The position numbers were made by a program, and so were the translations under genes. A stretch of 64,000 nucleotides of DNA from Acidimicrobiaceae bacterium (lineage in GTDB: Bacteria > Actinomycetota > Acidimicrobiia > Acidimicrobiales > JAUTXP01). Below, one piece after another: positions 47,812 to 57,458 of this stretch. The notes under the pieces were generated by a model. It had not been told where the DNA came from, did not search any database, and was given only the letters and a program-made list of their open reading frames with translations. Position 1 is the first letter of the stretch. Each line of letters starts with the position of its first letter. The DNA lies in contig JAUTXP010000053.1 in the NCBI GenBank assembly GCA_030837965.1, positions 16,893 through 80,892 of the forward strand, in the 5' to 3' direction.

Positions 47812-49337
47812 AGCTCCTGCTTGCGCAGCTCGGCTTTGAGGATCTTGCCCGTGCCGCCCTTGGGCAGGTCGGGCAGGAAGTCGACGCGCTTGGGCGCTTT
47901 GAAATGGGCCAGACGGTCGCGCACGAACTTGATCAGCTCCCGCTCCGTCACCGGCCCCGCGCCGGGTCGCAGCGACACGAACGCCCGCGGCACTTCGCCC
48001 CAGCGCTCGTCGGCCATGCCCACGACCGCGACCTCGTAGACGGCGGGGTGGGCGGCGAGGACCGACTCGACCTGCACGGACGACACGTTCTCGCCGCCGC
48101 TGATGATGATGTCCTTCTTGCGGTCGACGATGGTCACGTAGCCCTCGGCATCGACGGTGGCCAGGTCGCCCGTGCGCAGCCAGCCGCCGCGCAGAGCGGC
48201 GTCGGACTCCTCTGGCTTCTTCCAATAGCCCGCCATGACGTGGTTGGAGCGCACGCATATCTCCCCCACCTGGTGGCCGTCCCACGCCACCTCGACGTCG
48301 TCGTCGTCGAACACGCGCAGGTCCACTCCCACGTTGGGCAGGCCGGTGGTGGCGTTGCGCAGACGCCGCTCTTCCACGGGCAATTCGTCGTGCGAGCGCA
48401 AGGTGACGGCCTTGGTCAACTGCGGGCTGGCCTCGGTCAGCCCGTAGCCGCACATGACCTCGCAGCCGAACAAGTCCTCCAGCTCACGCAGCAGGTCGGG
48501 CGGCGACGCCGCGCCCCCCAGCGTCACCTGCACCAGCGACGACGTGTCGCGCCGCTTCACGTCCGGGTGCACGGCGATGGCCGCGGCCATGGTGGGCACC
48601 AGCGACAGCCGGGTCACGCCCTCCTGCTCGACCAGCCGCAGCACCTCGGCCGCGTCGAACTTCTCGATGAGGACGTGCCGCGCCCCGAGGGCGGTGACGT
48701 AGTGCGGCGTGCCCCATCCGTTCACGTGGAAGAGGGCGATGGTGTGGAGGATGACGTCGCGATGGGTGAGACCCAGCGTGAGCGCGCTGTCCACCGCGTG
48801 GGTGGCCAAGGCCCGATGGGTGAGCATGGCCCCCTTGGGCGTTGACGTGGTGCCGCTCGTGTAGAAGATCTCGCACACGTCGTCCTCGCCGAACGGATCG
48901 GGCTCGAACAGCGCGTCCGGCTGGGAGGCGAGCATCTCCTCGTAGCCCGAGTCGAGGTCGAGCCGACGGCGGGGCAGCAGGTCCTCGGCCGCCTCTGCGA
49001 ACGACGGGTGCACGAACAGGATGGACGCGTGGCAGTCGCGCAGGATGTCCTGCATCTCGGCCGGCCCCAGTCGCACGTTCAGCGGGACGAGGATGGCGCC
49101 CGCCATGACCACGCCGTAGTACGCCTCCAGCAGCTCCAGCGTGTTGCCGCACAGGTAGGCCACTCGCTGTCCGGGCTTGATGCCGAGGTCGGACCGCAAG
49201 GCGTGGGCCAGGCGGTGGCAGCGAGAGGCGTACTCCCGGTAACACAAGCGCCGGTTACCGTCGGTAACACCAAGCAGCTCTCCGTACAGGCGGCGGGCGC
49301 GCTCCAAGAAGTCGAGGGGCGTGAGAGGGACGTTCAC
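47808..49337 (-). CDS. Acyl-CoA synthetase / AMP-binding enzyme
   Basis: YTSGTTSTPKG, GYGLTE, WLRTGD, DRKKDIIISGGEN, HFKAPK, GKILK. GTG 49337. Confidence 0.93.
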   Translation of the reverse strand: MNVPLTPLDFLERARRLYGELLGVTDGNRRLCYREYASRCHRLAHALRSDLGIKPGQRVAYLCGNTLELLEAYYGVVMAGAILVPLNVRLGPAEMQDILRDCHASILFVHPSFAEAAEDLLPRRRLDLDSGYEEMLASQPDALFEPDPFGEDDVCEIFYTSGTTSTPKGAMLTHRALATHAVDSALTLGLTHRDVILHTIALFHVNGWGTPHYVTALGARHVLIEKFDAAEVLRLVEQEGVTRLSLVPTMAAAIAVHPDVKRRDTSSLVQVTLGGAASPPDLLRELEDLFGCEVMCGYGLTEASPQLTKAVTLRSHDELPVEERRLRNATTGLPNVGVDLRVFDDDDVEVAWDGHQVGEICVRSNHVMAGYWKKPEESDAALRGGWLRTGDLATVDAEGYVTIVDRKKDIIISGGENVSSVQVESVLAAHPAVYEVAVVGMADERWGEVPRAFVSLRPGAGPVTERELIKFVRDRLAHFKAPKRVDFLPDLPKGGTGKILKAELRKQEL

Positions 49338-49858
49338 CGAACGACAGTCTGCCGTTGCGCGCCGCGCTCTACGACATGCAATCCGTCGTGGTTGTCGATC
49401 ACCGTCACCGAGCAGTAGTCGGGGTGATAGCGGTCGTCGCCGACCACCGACCTGATGGCCACGAAGTGGGAGACGACCACCGTGTCCGCGCCCAGCCCTT
49501 CGAGCGCGTCCGCGATGGAACGTCGCCAGGCCTGGACGGGCGCAGGCCATGACGCCATCGGCTGGGACAGCAGGTCCGCCAACCAGGCCGAGCGCTCGGC
49601 CAGATCGTTCGTAGGCGAAGGAACCTCGCCCACCGCGGGCTCGACGGTTGCCGCTGTGCCCCACAACTCTTCGAGCGCGGCAGCCGTCTCGCGGGTCCGA
49701 CGCAGCGGGCTGACCAGGATCCCAAGTGGACCCATCGGTGCCAGGCGGGCGGCCATGGCCTGGGCCTGAGCTCTCCCCGCCTCGCTCAAGCCCGGGTCGG
49801 CGTCGTCGCCCCAGCCTGCCGCCGCCTCGCCGTGGCGGACCAGGTACAGCCTGCTCAA
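49334..49858 (-). CDS. Histidine phosphatase (phosphoglycerate mutase-like) family protein
   Basis: LYLVRHGE, SPLRRTRETA, VVSHF. TTG 49858 overlaps the upstream stop. Confidence 0.86.
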   Translation of the reverse strand: MSRLYLVRHGEAAAGWGDDADPGLSEAGRAQAQAMAARLAPMGPLGILVSPLRRTRETAAALEELWGTAATVEPAVGEVPSPTNDLAERSAWLADLLSQPMASWPAPVQAWRRSIADALEGLGADTVVVSHFVAIRSVVGDDRYHPDYCSVTVIDNHDGLHVVERGAQRQTVVR

Positions 49859-50664
49859 GCGATGGCCTCGCCGATGCCTTCGAACAGGTCGGTCTCGACC
49901 GTGCCCTCGGGCGCGCCGCGCAGGATGAAGCACTCAGTGCCCCACGCGGCCTCGAAGGCGACCGGCGGCATCGAGAGGAAGAACGACGTCTCGCTGATCT
50001 GACTGGCATGGGCTTGCATGGCCCGCCGCTTGGTGTCGAGGAAGGCGCGCACGTCCACCCGCGTGGTGATGAGGTGGCCAGGCATGCCCATGTTGAACTC
50101 GTCGGGATCGGTGGGGCCGTCGGGCACATCGGCCATGCCCAGCTCGGACGCCATCTTGATGAGGCCGCGGACGTAGTCCTGGTCGATGGTGGCCTCGTAG
50201 ACCTTCGCCGTGCCTGCCAGGGCCGCGGCCCGAACACCGACGCGGTTGACCTGGATGTGGTCGGGGTGGCCGTAGTTGCCGTTCTCGTCGTAGGCCACGA
50301 GCACGTCGGCCTGCTCCTCGCGCAGGATGGCGGCCAGGCGCTCGGCCGCCTCGTCCAGATCGGCCTGCCAGAAGGACTCGGGCGCCTCGTTCTCGGGCGT
50401 GCCCATCATCCCGCTGTCGACGTAGCCGAGGTAGGCCACGCGGTGCGCGCCCTCGATCTCGGCCGCCGCCTCCACCTCCTTCATCCGCCGCTGCCACAGC
50501 TCCTCGCCAGGGTCGAGGAAGCCGTCCTCCACCTCGCCGTGCTCGCCCTTGGTGGCCAGCACCAGCACGACCCGATGGCCCTCGCTGTTCGCTTTGGCCA
50601 TGGTCCCGCCCGTGGCAATGGCCTCGTCGTCGGGATGGGCGTGGAAGAACACGGCGGTGGCCAT
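49855..50664 (-). CDS. PIG-L family deacetylase (MshB/Mca-like)
   Basis: HAHPDDE Zn motif, GYVDSGM, YGHPDHI, AHASQ. Confidence 0.9.
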   Translation of the reverse strand: MATAVFFHAHPDDEAIATGGTMAKANSEGHRVVLVLATKGEHGEVEDGFLDPGEELWQRRMKEVEAAAEIEGAHRVAYLGYVDSGMMGTPENEAPESFWQADLDEAAERLAAILREEQADVLVAYDENGNYGHPDHIQVNRVGVRAAALAGTAKVYEATIDQDYVRGLIKMASELGMADVPDGPTDPDEFNMGMPGHLITTRVDVRAFLDTKRRAMQAHASQISETSFFLSMPPVAFEAAWGTECFILRGAPEGTVETDLFEGIGEAIA

Positions 50665-50742
50665 AAGTCCTCATCCTCGCGCGGCGTACGGGGCTTGGTG
50701 AGGTGACGTCGGTCTCCCGGCTTGGCCGGGTGTGCGACGCTG

Positions 50743-51885
50743 CTAGCGGATGGCCCCGGTCTCGCGCAGCTTGGCCACCTCGCCCGCGGGGATGCCCCAG
50801 TCGGCCAAGGCCTCGTCGGTGTGCTGCCCCGGCTGCGCGGGCGGGCGCGCAATGGCGCCGGGGGTGCGGCTGAAGCGGGGCGCGGGCGCGGGCTGCACGA
50901 CGCCGGCCACGTCCACGAACGTCTGGCGGGCCACGTTGTGCGGGTGCTGCGGGGCCTCGGCCAGCGACAGCACGGGGGCGAAGCACACGTCCGTGTGCTC
51001 CATCAACGCGCACCACTCGTCACGCGTGCGCTGGGCGAAGACGGCGGCCAGCTTCTCCTTGAGGCCCGGCCAGGCCGAGCCGTCCATCTGCGCGTCCCAC
51101 TCGTCGGCGTCGAGGCCCGCCAGCCTGCGCAGCTCGGCGTAGAACTGCGGCTCGATGGACCCGATGGAGACGTACTCGCCGTCCGCGCACTGATAGACGT
51201 CGTAGAAGTGGGCGCCGGTGTCGAGCAGGTTGGTGCCCCGCTCCTCGGTCCACATGCCGATGCCCATCATCGAGTGGAACATGGTGGTCAGGCTGGCGGC
51301 GCCGTCGACCATGGCGGCGTCGACCACCTGGCCCTGGCCCGAGCGGCCCGCCTCGACCAGGGCGGCGGCGATGCCGAAGGCGAGGTAGAGGGCGCCGCCG
51401 CCGAAGTCGCCCACCAGGTTCAAGGGGGGCACCGGTGCCTGGCCCGCCCGGCCGATGGGATGGAGGGCGCCCGCCAAGGCGATGTAGTTGATGTCGTGGC
51501 CCGCGGCCTGGGCATAGGGGCCGTCCTGGCCCCAGCCCGTCATGCGGCCGTAGACCAGTCGGGGGTTGCGGGCCAGGCAGTCGTCGGGGCCGAGGCCGAG
51601 CCGTTCGGTCACGCCGGGCCGGAACCCCTCGATGAGGGCGTCGGCCTGCTCGACCAGCCGCAGCACCGTCTCCACGCCCTCGGGGTTCTTGAGGTCGACG
51701 CCGATGGAGCGGCGGCTGCGGTTGAGGATGTCCCAGTGGGGCCGGTCGTGCTGGCCGGAGACGAGCGAGGACCGCTCGACGCGCACGATGTCGGCGCCCA
51801 GGTCGGCGAGGAGCATGGCGGCGAAGGGGCCGGGGCCGATGCCTGCCAGCTCGACGATGCGTATGCCGGTGAGAGGACCGCTCAT
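50743..51885 (-). CDS. CaiB/BaiF family III CoA-transferase (alpha-methylacyl-CoA racemase-like)
   Basis: [50 protein letters not shown]. Confidence 0.92.
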   Translation of the reverse strand: MSGPLTGIRIVELAGIGPGPFAAMLLADLGADIVRVERSSLVSGQHDRPHWDILNRSRRSIGVDLKNPEGVETVLRLVEQADALIEGFRPGVTERLGLGPDDCLARNPRLVYGRMTGWGQDGPYAQAAGHDINYIALAGALHPIGRAGQAPVPPLNLVGDFGGGALYLAFGIAAALVEAGRSGQGQVVDAAMVDGAASLTTMFHSMMGIGMWTEERGTNLLDTGAHFYDVYQCADGEYVSIGSIEPQFYAELRRLAGLDADEWDAQMDGSAWPGLKEKLAAVFAQRTRDEWCALMEHTDVCFAPVLSLAEAPQHPHNVARQTFVDVAGVVQPAPAPRFSRTPGAIARPPAQPGQHTDEALADWGIPAGEVAKLRETGAIR

Positions 51886-51910
51886 GGCAGTCGATACTAC
51901 GGTCCCGGCC

Positions 51911-52807
51911 ATGACGGTCTTCGGTGTGCACACCGGCTTGCAGCGGACCACCGTCGATGAGCTCGTCGCCTTGTGGCAGCGGATCGAGTCGCTCGGCTTC
52001 GGCTGGATCTCCATCTGGGACCACTTCTACGCGGCCGACATGACGGGCGACGCCGACTGCCTGGAGGCGGTGGCGGCCCACGCCGCCCTGGCCTGCTCGA
52101 CCGAGCGGGTCACATGCGGCTCGCTCGTCTACTGCGTGGGCTACCGCCACCCGGCCGTGCTGGCCAAGGCGGTGACGACCATCGACCACCTCTCCAACGG
52201 CCGGGCTGCCATCGGCCTGGGCGCGGGCTGGAGCCAGGTGGAGTACGACGCCTACGGCATCCCCTTCCCGGCACCGGGCGTGCGGCTCGACATGTTGGAA
52301 GAGGCCGCCGCCTGCGTCCGAGGGCTGCTGCACGACGAGGTGACGACCTTCGAGGGGGCGCACTTTCGGCTGGCCGAGGCCCGCAACGAGCCCCGCCCCG
52401 TGCAGTCGCGACTGCCCGTGTGGATCGGAGGCGGCGGCGAACGGCGCACGTTGCGCATCGCCGCCCAGCACGCCGACGGCTGGAACGTGCCGTTCCTGTC
52501 GCCGGAGGAGTTCGCCCGCAAGCGGGGCGTCCTGCACTCGCACTGCGAGGCGGTAGGGCGCGACCCGGCGACCATCCGGTGCGCGGCGAACGTGGGGCTG
52601 GCCCGTGACGACGACGATGTGGCCGCCCAGTTCGGCAACATCGCCAAGGTCGTGGCGCCGGGCGTGTTGCGGGGCTCCGAGGCCGAGCTGGTCGAGCGGG
52701 TGGGGCGATACGTCGAGGCCGGCGCCGACCAGGTGAACATCGCCGTGCGGGCGCCGTGGGACGTCGACGCCCTCGAGCGGTTGGCAGGCGCCTTGGGGTT
52801 GGCATGA
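51911..52807 (+). CDS. LLM-class (probably F420-dependent) oxidoreductase
   Basis: [44 protein letters not shown]. Confidence 0.88.
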   Translation: MTVFGVHTGLQRTTVDELVALWQRIESLGFGWISIWDHFYAADMTGDADCLEAVAAHAALACSTERVTCGSLVYCVGYRHPAVLAKAVTTIDHLSNGRAAIGLGAGWSQVEYDAYGIPFPAPGVRLDMLEEAAACVRGLLHDEVTTFEGAHFRLAEARNEPRPVQSRLPVWIGGGGERRTLRIAAQHADGWNVPFLSPEEFARKRGVLHSHCEAVGRDPATIRCAANVGLARDDDDVAAQFGNIAKVVAPGVLRGSEAELVERVGRYVEAGADQVNIAVRAPWDVDALERLAGALGLA

Positions 52808-54186
52808 GCGAGGTAGCACTGCCCGCCGGCTTCCGCTTCGGCGTGGCCACCGCGGGCTTCCAGGTCGAGGGCGGCTACAACGACCGCGGCCAGCCCGCCA
52901 ACAACTGGGCCGAGTGGGAGCAGTCGGACCGGGTCGAGCGGTCGGGCGTTGCCGTCGAGTTCTGGACCACATACGAGCGCCACCTCGACCGGGCCGTGGC
53001 CGCCGGGTGCGACGCCTTCCGCATGTCGGTGGAGTGGGCCCGGTGCGAGCCGCTGGAAGGCCAGGTCGACGAAGTAGCCGTCACTCACTACAACGCCATC
53101 CTCGACGCCTGCCACGACCGAGGCCTCCAGCCGCTGGTCACCCTGCACCACTTCACCCACCCGAGCTGGTTGGGCGTCGACTTCTGGCTGCGGCCCGACT
53201 CGCCCGAGCGGTTCGCCGAGTGGGTGGCGCTGGCCGTCGACCGCTTCGCAGGCCGGTGCCGCCACTGGGTCACGATCAACGAGCCCAACGTCTACGCCGT
53301 GCAGTCGTACGTGCTCGGCTACTTCCCGCCGGGCCGCAAGCTCAACATCGGCAAGGCCGTGCGGGCCCTCGACCACCTGCTGGCGGGCCACGTGCTGGCC
53401 TACGAGGTGATCAAGGACCGCCAGCCCCAAGCGGTGGTCACCACCAACACCTATCCGATGTCGGTGTACGAGCCCGACCGGCTGCTGGTCGACGTCCTCC
53501 TGGCCCGCAGCAACGGCGTGAGTCGCTACGACCTGGGGCCGTGGTTGCGCGAGCGGCGCCAGCAGTACCACGCCCGGTCGCTGCCTGCGCCGAGCCGGTT
53601 CGAGTGGCTGTTGCGCAAGCGGATCAACTCGGCCGTGCCCATGGAGAAGGCGCTGCCCCGGGCCGTGGCCGCCGTCTACGACAGCCCGTCCGAGCGCACC
53701 CTCGACGTTGTGGCCATCGACTACTACGACCCGGTCGTGCACACGCACCTGCGGGTGCCCCCGCCCAAGCTGTGGGACGACACCGTGTGGCCCGCGGGGC
53801 TCACCCGCTACGCCGAGCTGAACACCGAGCCGGGCCTCGACCTGTGGGTGGTCGAGAACGGGTTGTGCAACCGGGTGACGGGATCGTTGTCGTACCCCCG
53901 GCGGGACCGATGGACGAGGCCGCGGTACCTGGCCGCCAACCTGGGTGCGGTCGTCGCCGCTTTGGATGCGGGCATCCCCGTCGGGTCGTACTACCACTGG
54001 ACGCTGGCCGACAACTACGAGTGGGGCAGCTACCAGCCCCGCTTCGGCCTGCACGGCATCGCCCGCACCGGCGACGGCATCGAGTGGTGCGACCTCGACT
54101 CCCTGGGCGACGACTCGGCCGGTGCCTACCGCCGCATCATCGAGGGCCTGCGCGCCGGCGACCGCTCCGTCGTCTCGAGTACATAG
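52804..54186 (+). CDS. Glycoside hydrolase family 1
   Basis: FGVATAGFQVEGG, FRMSVEWAR, VTLHHF, TINEP (acid/base), VVENG (nucleophile), DNYEWG, RFGL. Confidence 0.92.
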   Translation: MSEVALPAGFRFGVATAGFQVEGGYNDRGQPANNWAEWEQSDRVERSGVAVEFWTTYERHLDRAVAAGCDAFRMSVEWARCEPLEGQVDEVAVTHYNAILDACHDRGLQPLVTLHHFTHPSWLGVDFWLRPDSPERFAEWVALAVDRFAGRCRHWVTINEPNVYAVQSYVLGYFPPGRKLNIGKAVRALDHLLAGHVLAYEVIKDRQPQAVVTTNTYPMSVYEPDRLLVDVLLARSNGVSRYDLGPWLRERRQQYHARSLPAPSRFEWLLRKRINSAVPMEKALPRAVAAVYDSPSERTLDVVAIDYYDPVVHTHLRVPPPKLWDDTVWPAGLTRYAELNTEPGLDLWVVENGLCNRVTGSLSYPRRDRWTRPRYLAANLGAVVAALDAGIPVGSYYHWTLADNYEWGSYQPRFGLHGIARTGDGIEWCDLDSLGDDSAGAYRRIIEGLRAGDRSVVSST

Positions 54187-54217
54187 CCGGCGAATTCCGG
54201 GGGCTATGTACTCGAGA
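54173..54217. repeat. REP-like palindrome, family B variant, overlapping the GH1 stop codon
   Basis: TCTCGAGTACATAGCC / GGCTATGTACTCGAGA, perfect 16-bp arms sharing the GAG(G/T)ACATAGC core with family B. Confidence 0.75.
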
Positions 54218-54887
54218 GCGCGGTTTGCAGGCGGGTGAGGGCGGCGGGGGTGCGCACGCCCCACCAGAACAGGTCCTTGCCGTCGACCACCACCACCGGC
54301 CCGACCTTTTCCAGTTCGGGGACGTGGTCGATGCGGAACGGGTAGGGCTCGGTGGGCGCCAGCACCACATCCGGCCCGCGATCGATCGCGTCCTCCAACG
54401 TGACCGTCGGATAGCGCTCGACATCCTCCGCATAGACGTTGGCCATGCCGATGGCAGCCAGCATCGACGAGCCGTAGGTGTCGCCGTTGAGCGTCATCCA
54501 CGGCCTGCGCCAGATGGGCACGAACGCCGTGCGCGTGGCAGGCGGCGGCACCGGAGGCAACGTCGGCCACGGGTCGAAGCGGGCACCCACTCGGTCGGCC
54601 AGCCCGGCCAGCGCGGGCGCCACGTCGGCCACCGACCGCACCGTCACCACGTGGACGTCGAGGCCTGCGGCCACCAGCGCGTCGGCGTCCTCCCGGCGGT
54701 TCTCCTCGTCGTTGACCACGACCAGGTCGGCCGCCAGCTCGACGATGGCGGCGATGTCGGGGTTCTTGGTGCCGCCCACGTGGCGCAGCGACGGCTGCTC
54801 GCAGAAGCGGGTGCACGCCACCGGCTCGATCCCCCACGCCAGCAGCGTCTCGGTCACCGAGGGGACGAGGCTGACGACCCGCATCAC
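54204..54887 (-). CDS. Helical-backbone metal receptor / cobalamin-binding-like protein
   Basis: RVVSLVPSVTETL, VGGTKNPD, DLVVVNDEEN, WMTLNGDTY. Confidence 0.8.
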   Translation of the reverse strand: MMRVVSLVPSVTETLLAWGIEPVACTRFCEQPSLRHVGGTKNPDIAAIVELAADLVVVNDEENRREDADALVAAGLDVHVVTVRSVADVAPALAGLADRVGARFDPWPTLPPVPPPATRTAFVPIWRRPWMTLNGDTYGSSMLAAIGMANVYAEDVERYPTVTLEDAIDRGPDVVLAPTEPYPFRIDHVPELEKVGPVVVVDGKDLFWWGVRTPAALTRLQTALSST

Positions 54888-55498
54888 ATGCGTTCGAGCA
54901 GTTGGGCCTTCTTGGCCTCGAACTCGGCCTGGCTGACGACGCCTCGCTGCCGCAGCTCGTCGAGCTTCTCGATCTGCTCGGGGATCGACAGCTCACGAGA
55001 CCCTGTGGCCCGTTCGGCGTCGCGGGCGCCCGCCCGCTCCATCTCGCGATAGATGGTGTTCTGCACCACGAACGGGCGACGCACGTCGGTGAAGTGCTGC
55101 TGGCCTCGTTCGCCGCCCGACTCGATCATCAAATCGCCCTTGCCGATCAGGCGTTCGAGGAACGTCTGGTTGACGGCGATGTCGTTCACCCGCTCCAAGG
55201 GGATCTCCCGGCCCGACTTGCCCAGCACGCCCGCCCGGTGGATGAGGCGGTCGGTGGTGACGACGAAGTTGGTGGAGGCCCAGCCCAGGTAGCGGGCCAC
55301 CATCCACCCGACGGTGAAGACAAGGAGGGCGACCGCTGCGTAGGTCGGGATGTCGTTGTCGATGGCGTTGGCAACCAGGATCACCAGCGCGGCGGCCACG
55401 ATCACGGCGAGTGCGGGCTTCACCAGGCCCCACCAGTGGGGGCGCAGGTCGAGGACAATGTCCTCGCCCTCGTTGAGCAGCTTCCGTGGGAAGGGCAT
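54884..55498 (-). CDS. Membrane PH-domain (bPH_2) protein with C-terminal SHOCT
   Basis: 2 TM helices, FVVTTDRLIHRAGVL, EIPLERVNDI and EKLDELRQRGVVSQAEFEAKKAQLL. Confidence 0.85.
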   Translation of the reverse strand: MPFPRKLLNEGEDIVLDLRPHWWGLVKPALAVIVAAALVILVANAIDNDIPTYAAVALLVFTVGWMVARYLGWASTNFVVTTDRLIHRAGVLGKSGREIPLERVNDIAVNQTFLERLIGKGDLMIESGGERGQQHFTDVRRPFVVQNTIYREMERAGARDAERATGSRELSIPEQIEKLDELRQRGVVSQAEFEAKKAQLLERM

Positions 55499-55592
55499 CA
55501 CCGTCGATGGTAGGCGGGGGGTCGTCGCTCTGGCGTGACACTGCGACCGGGCTCGGTCGTAGTCACTCGAAACGACCGAAGGAGCCTGAACG

Positions 55593-56048
55593 ATGCGACG
55601 CGTCGCCCTGTGCACTGTGACCCTCCTGGCCGCCACCGGGCTCATGGCGGCACCGCCGGCTGCCATCGCCACGCAGACCGGCTCGTGCAACGGCCACGGC
55701 GTCCTCATCACCTCGACCCCTGTCCGCATCGACGTTGTGACGACGGCGGACTACTACTTCACGGTGCAAGGGGTCTGCATGTTCGGGCTCCTCGGCAACC
55801 CGACCTTCGGCACCACCCTCACAGGCACAGGCGTGCTGACAGGCCGTTGCGGAGCATGGACGGGCCAAGGCGTCGTTCACGGCGACCACGACCACGACCA
55901 TGAACTGGTGGGCACCACATGGTTCATCGGGGTGCCCAACGGCAAGGCCGTCGGGCAGTTCGAGGTGGCGCCCGACATAAGCAACGGCCAGAGCTGCGTG
56001 ACGGGGGCCTCCCGCTGGCTCTTGGTCGGGGGGGTGGAGCTTCTCTAG
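55593..56048 (+). CDS. Secreted beta-rich hypothetical protein (4 mature Cys, His cluster)
   Basis: MRR signal peptide, AAGGAG RBS, HGDHDHDH segment. Confidence 0.68.
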   Translation: MRRVALCTVTLLAATGLMAAPPAAIATQTGSCNGHGVLITSTPVRIDVVTTADYYFTVQGVCMFGLLGNPTFGTTLTGTGVLTGRCGAWTGQGVVHGDHDHDHELVGTTWFIGVPNGKAVGQFEVAPDISNGQSCVTGASRWLLVGGVELL

Positions 56049-56545
56049 CGATAGACCTTGCGGTGGAACACGGCGTCGGCCGAAACCACCCGGTCGAGGA
56101 ACAACAGGCCGTCGAGGTGGTCGATCTCGTGCTGGAAAGCGCGGGCCTCGAAGGCGTCGACATGCAGCACCCGATCCTCGCCGTCGACGGTGATGCCCCG
56201 CACCACCAACCGGGTGGCCCGGGCCACGTCGCCGGTGAGGTCGGGCACGCTCATGCAACCCTCTCGGGCCACCACCGGCCCGTGAGCCAACACCACCTCG
56301 GCGTTGAACAGCACCAGCTCGCCGTGGCACGAGCGGGCCTTCCTGTGGCCGCTGACGTCGACGGCGAAGGCCCGCAGCCCCACGCCGATCTGCGGCGCGG
56401 CGAGGCCGACGCAGGCAGGCGACACGCGCATGGTGTCGACCAGGTCCTGGGCCAGCGCCCGCGCGGTGTCGTCGATCCCCACGACCGACATGGCCGGCTG
56501 CTTGAGGACGGCCTCGGGCAGCCGCAGGACGGGGCGGACGGCCAT
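56045..56545 (-). CDS. def: Peptide deformylase
   Basis: VGLAAPQIG, EGCMS, FQHEIDHLDG. Confidence 0.95.
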   Translation of the reverse strand: MAVRPVLRLPEAVLKQPAMSVVGIDDTARALAQDLVDTMRVSPACVGLAAPQIGVGLRAFAVDVSGHRKARSCHGELVLFNAEVVLAHGPVVAREGCMSVPDLTGDVARATRLVVRGITVDGEDRVLHVDAFEARAFQHEIDHLDGLLFLDRVVSADAVFHRKVYR

Positions 56546-56552
56546 CTGTCCG

Positions 56553-57089
56553 CTAGAGGATGTCGGCTTCGGACGGGTGCATGGCGCACTCGACACCGAG
56601 GGTGCGGCCCAGCTCGTCGAGGCGGCGGCCGACCTCCGACCCCGCGATCGTCGGCGGCAGGGTGGCGTCGAGCAGCATGGCGTAGACGGGCCGATCGGCG
56701 TCCCCGATGACCCGGGTGGTGACGTCGGTGACGTTGACGCCCGCCTCGGCCAACAGCTTCGTCACCTCATGGACGATGCCGGGCCTGTCGGCGCCGTACA
56801 CCGACACCGTCCACTGGTCGCCCTCGGGCGAGGTGGGCACGTCGTCGTCGATGGCCCGCACGGCGAGCACCAGGTCGAGGTCACGGGCGGGATCGCCGAG
56901 CGCCTGCTCCAACCGGGCGGCGTCGAGGTCGTCGGGCCCCGCGACCACCAGCATCATGGCGAAGTGGCCCCGGAGGATCGACATCGAGGAGTCCTCGATG
57001 TTGCACCCGGTGCCCACCAGCACGCCGGTCACCGCGGCCACGATCCCCGGCTGGTCCGCCCCCACCGCGCTCACTGCGAAGTGCCCCAT
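56553..57089 (-). CDS. Double ACT-domain protein (GcvR-like)
   Basis: VSAVGADQPGIVAAV and VSVYGADRPGIVHEV. Confidence 0.88.
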   Translation of the reverse strand: MGHFAVSAVGADQPGIVAAVTGVLVGTGCNIEDSSMSILRGHFAMMLVVAGPDDLDAARLEQALGDPARDLDLVLAVRAIDDDVPTSPEGDQWTVSVYGADRPGIVHEVTKLLAEAGVNVTDVTTRVIGDADRPVYAMLLDATLPPTIAGSEVGRRLDELGRTLGVECAMHPSEADIL

Positions 57090-57113
57090 CGGCGCATTCT
57101 GGCAGGGCCGGCG

Positions 57114-57458
57114 TCAGCCCCAGCCCAGCTCGTCCAAGCGGTGGTCGTCGATGCCGAAGTGGTGGGCCACCTCGTGCACCACGGTGACCCGCACCTGGTC
57201 CACCACATCGGCCTCCGACGAGCAGGCCGAACAGATGGCGCGGCGGAAGATGGTGATGCGATCCGGTGTGGCGAAGGTGTAGTCCGCACCCCGTTCGGTC
57301 AACGGCACGCCTTGGTACAACCCGAGCAAGGCGCCGGGCGGGGATGCGTCGTCGACCATGACGGCCACGTTGTCCATCAGCCGCCCCAGTTCGGGCGGGA
57401 TGCCGTCGAGCGCCTCCCCCACCAGCTCGGCGAACCGAGCGGGCTCGATGTCGACCAT
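57114..57458 (-). CDS. Zinicin-like metallopeptidase family protein
   Basis: LLGLYQGVPL, PDRITIFR, TVVHEVAHHFGI (HExxH). Confidence 0.87.
   Translation of the reverse strand: MVDIEPARFAELVGEALDGIPPELGRLMDNVAVMVDDASPPGALLGLYQGVPLTERGADYTFATPDRITIFRRAICSACSSEADVVDQVRVTVVHEVAHHFGIDDHRLDELGWG

Noticed and set aside
10777-54217. Palindromic repeats as a CRISPR array
   Set aside because: Copies are kilobases apart, with no repeat-spacer periodicity and no cas genes.
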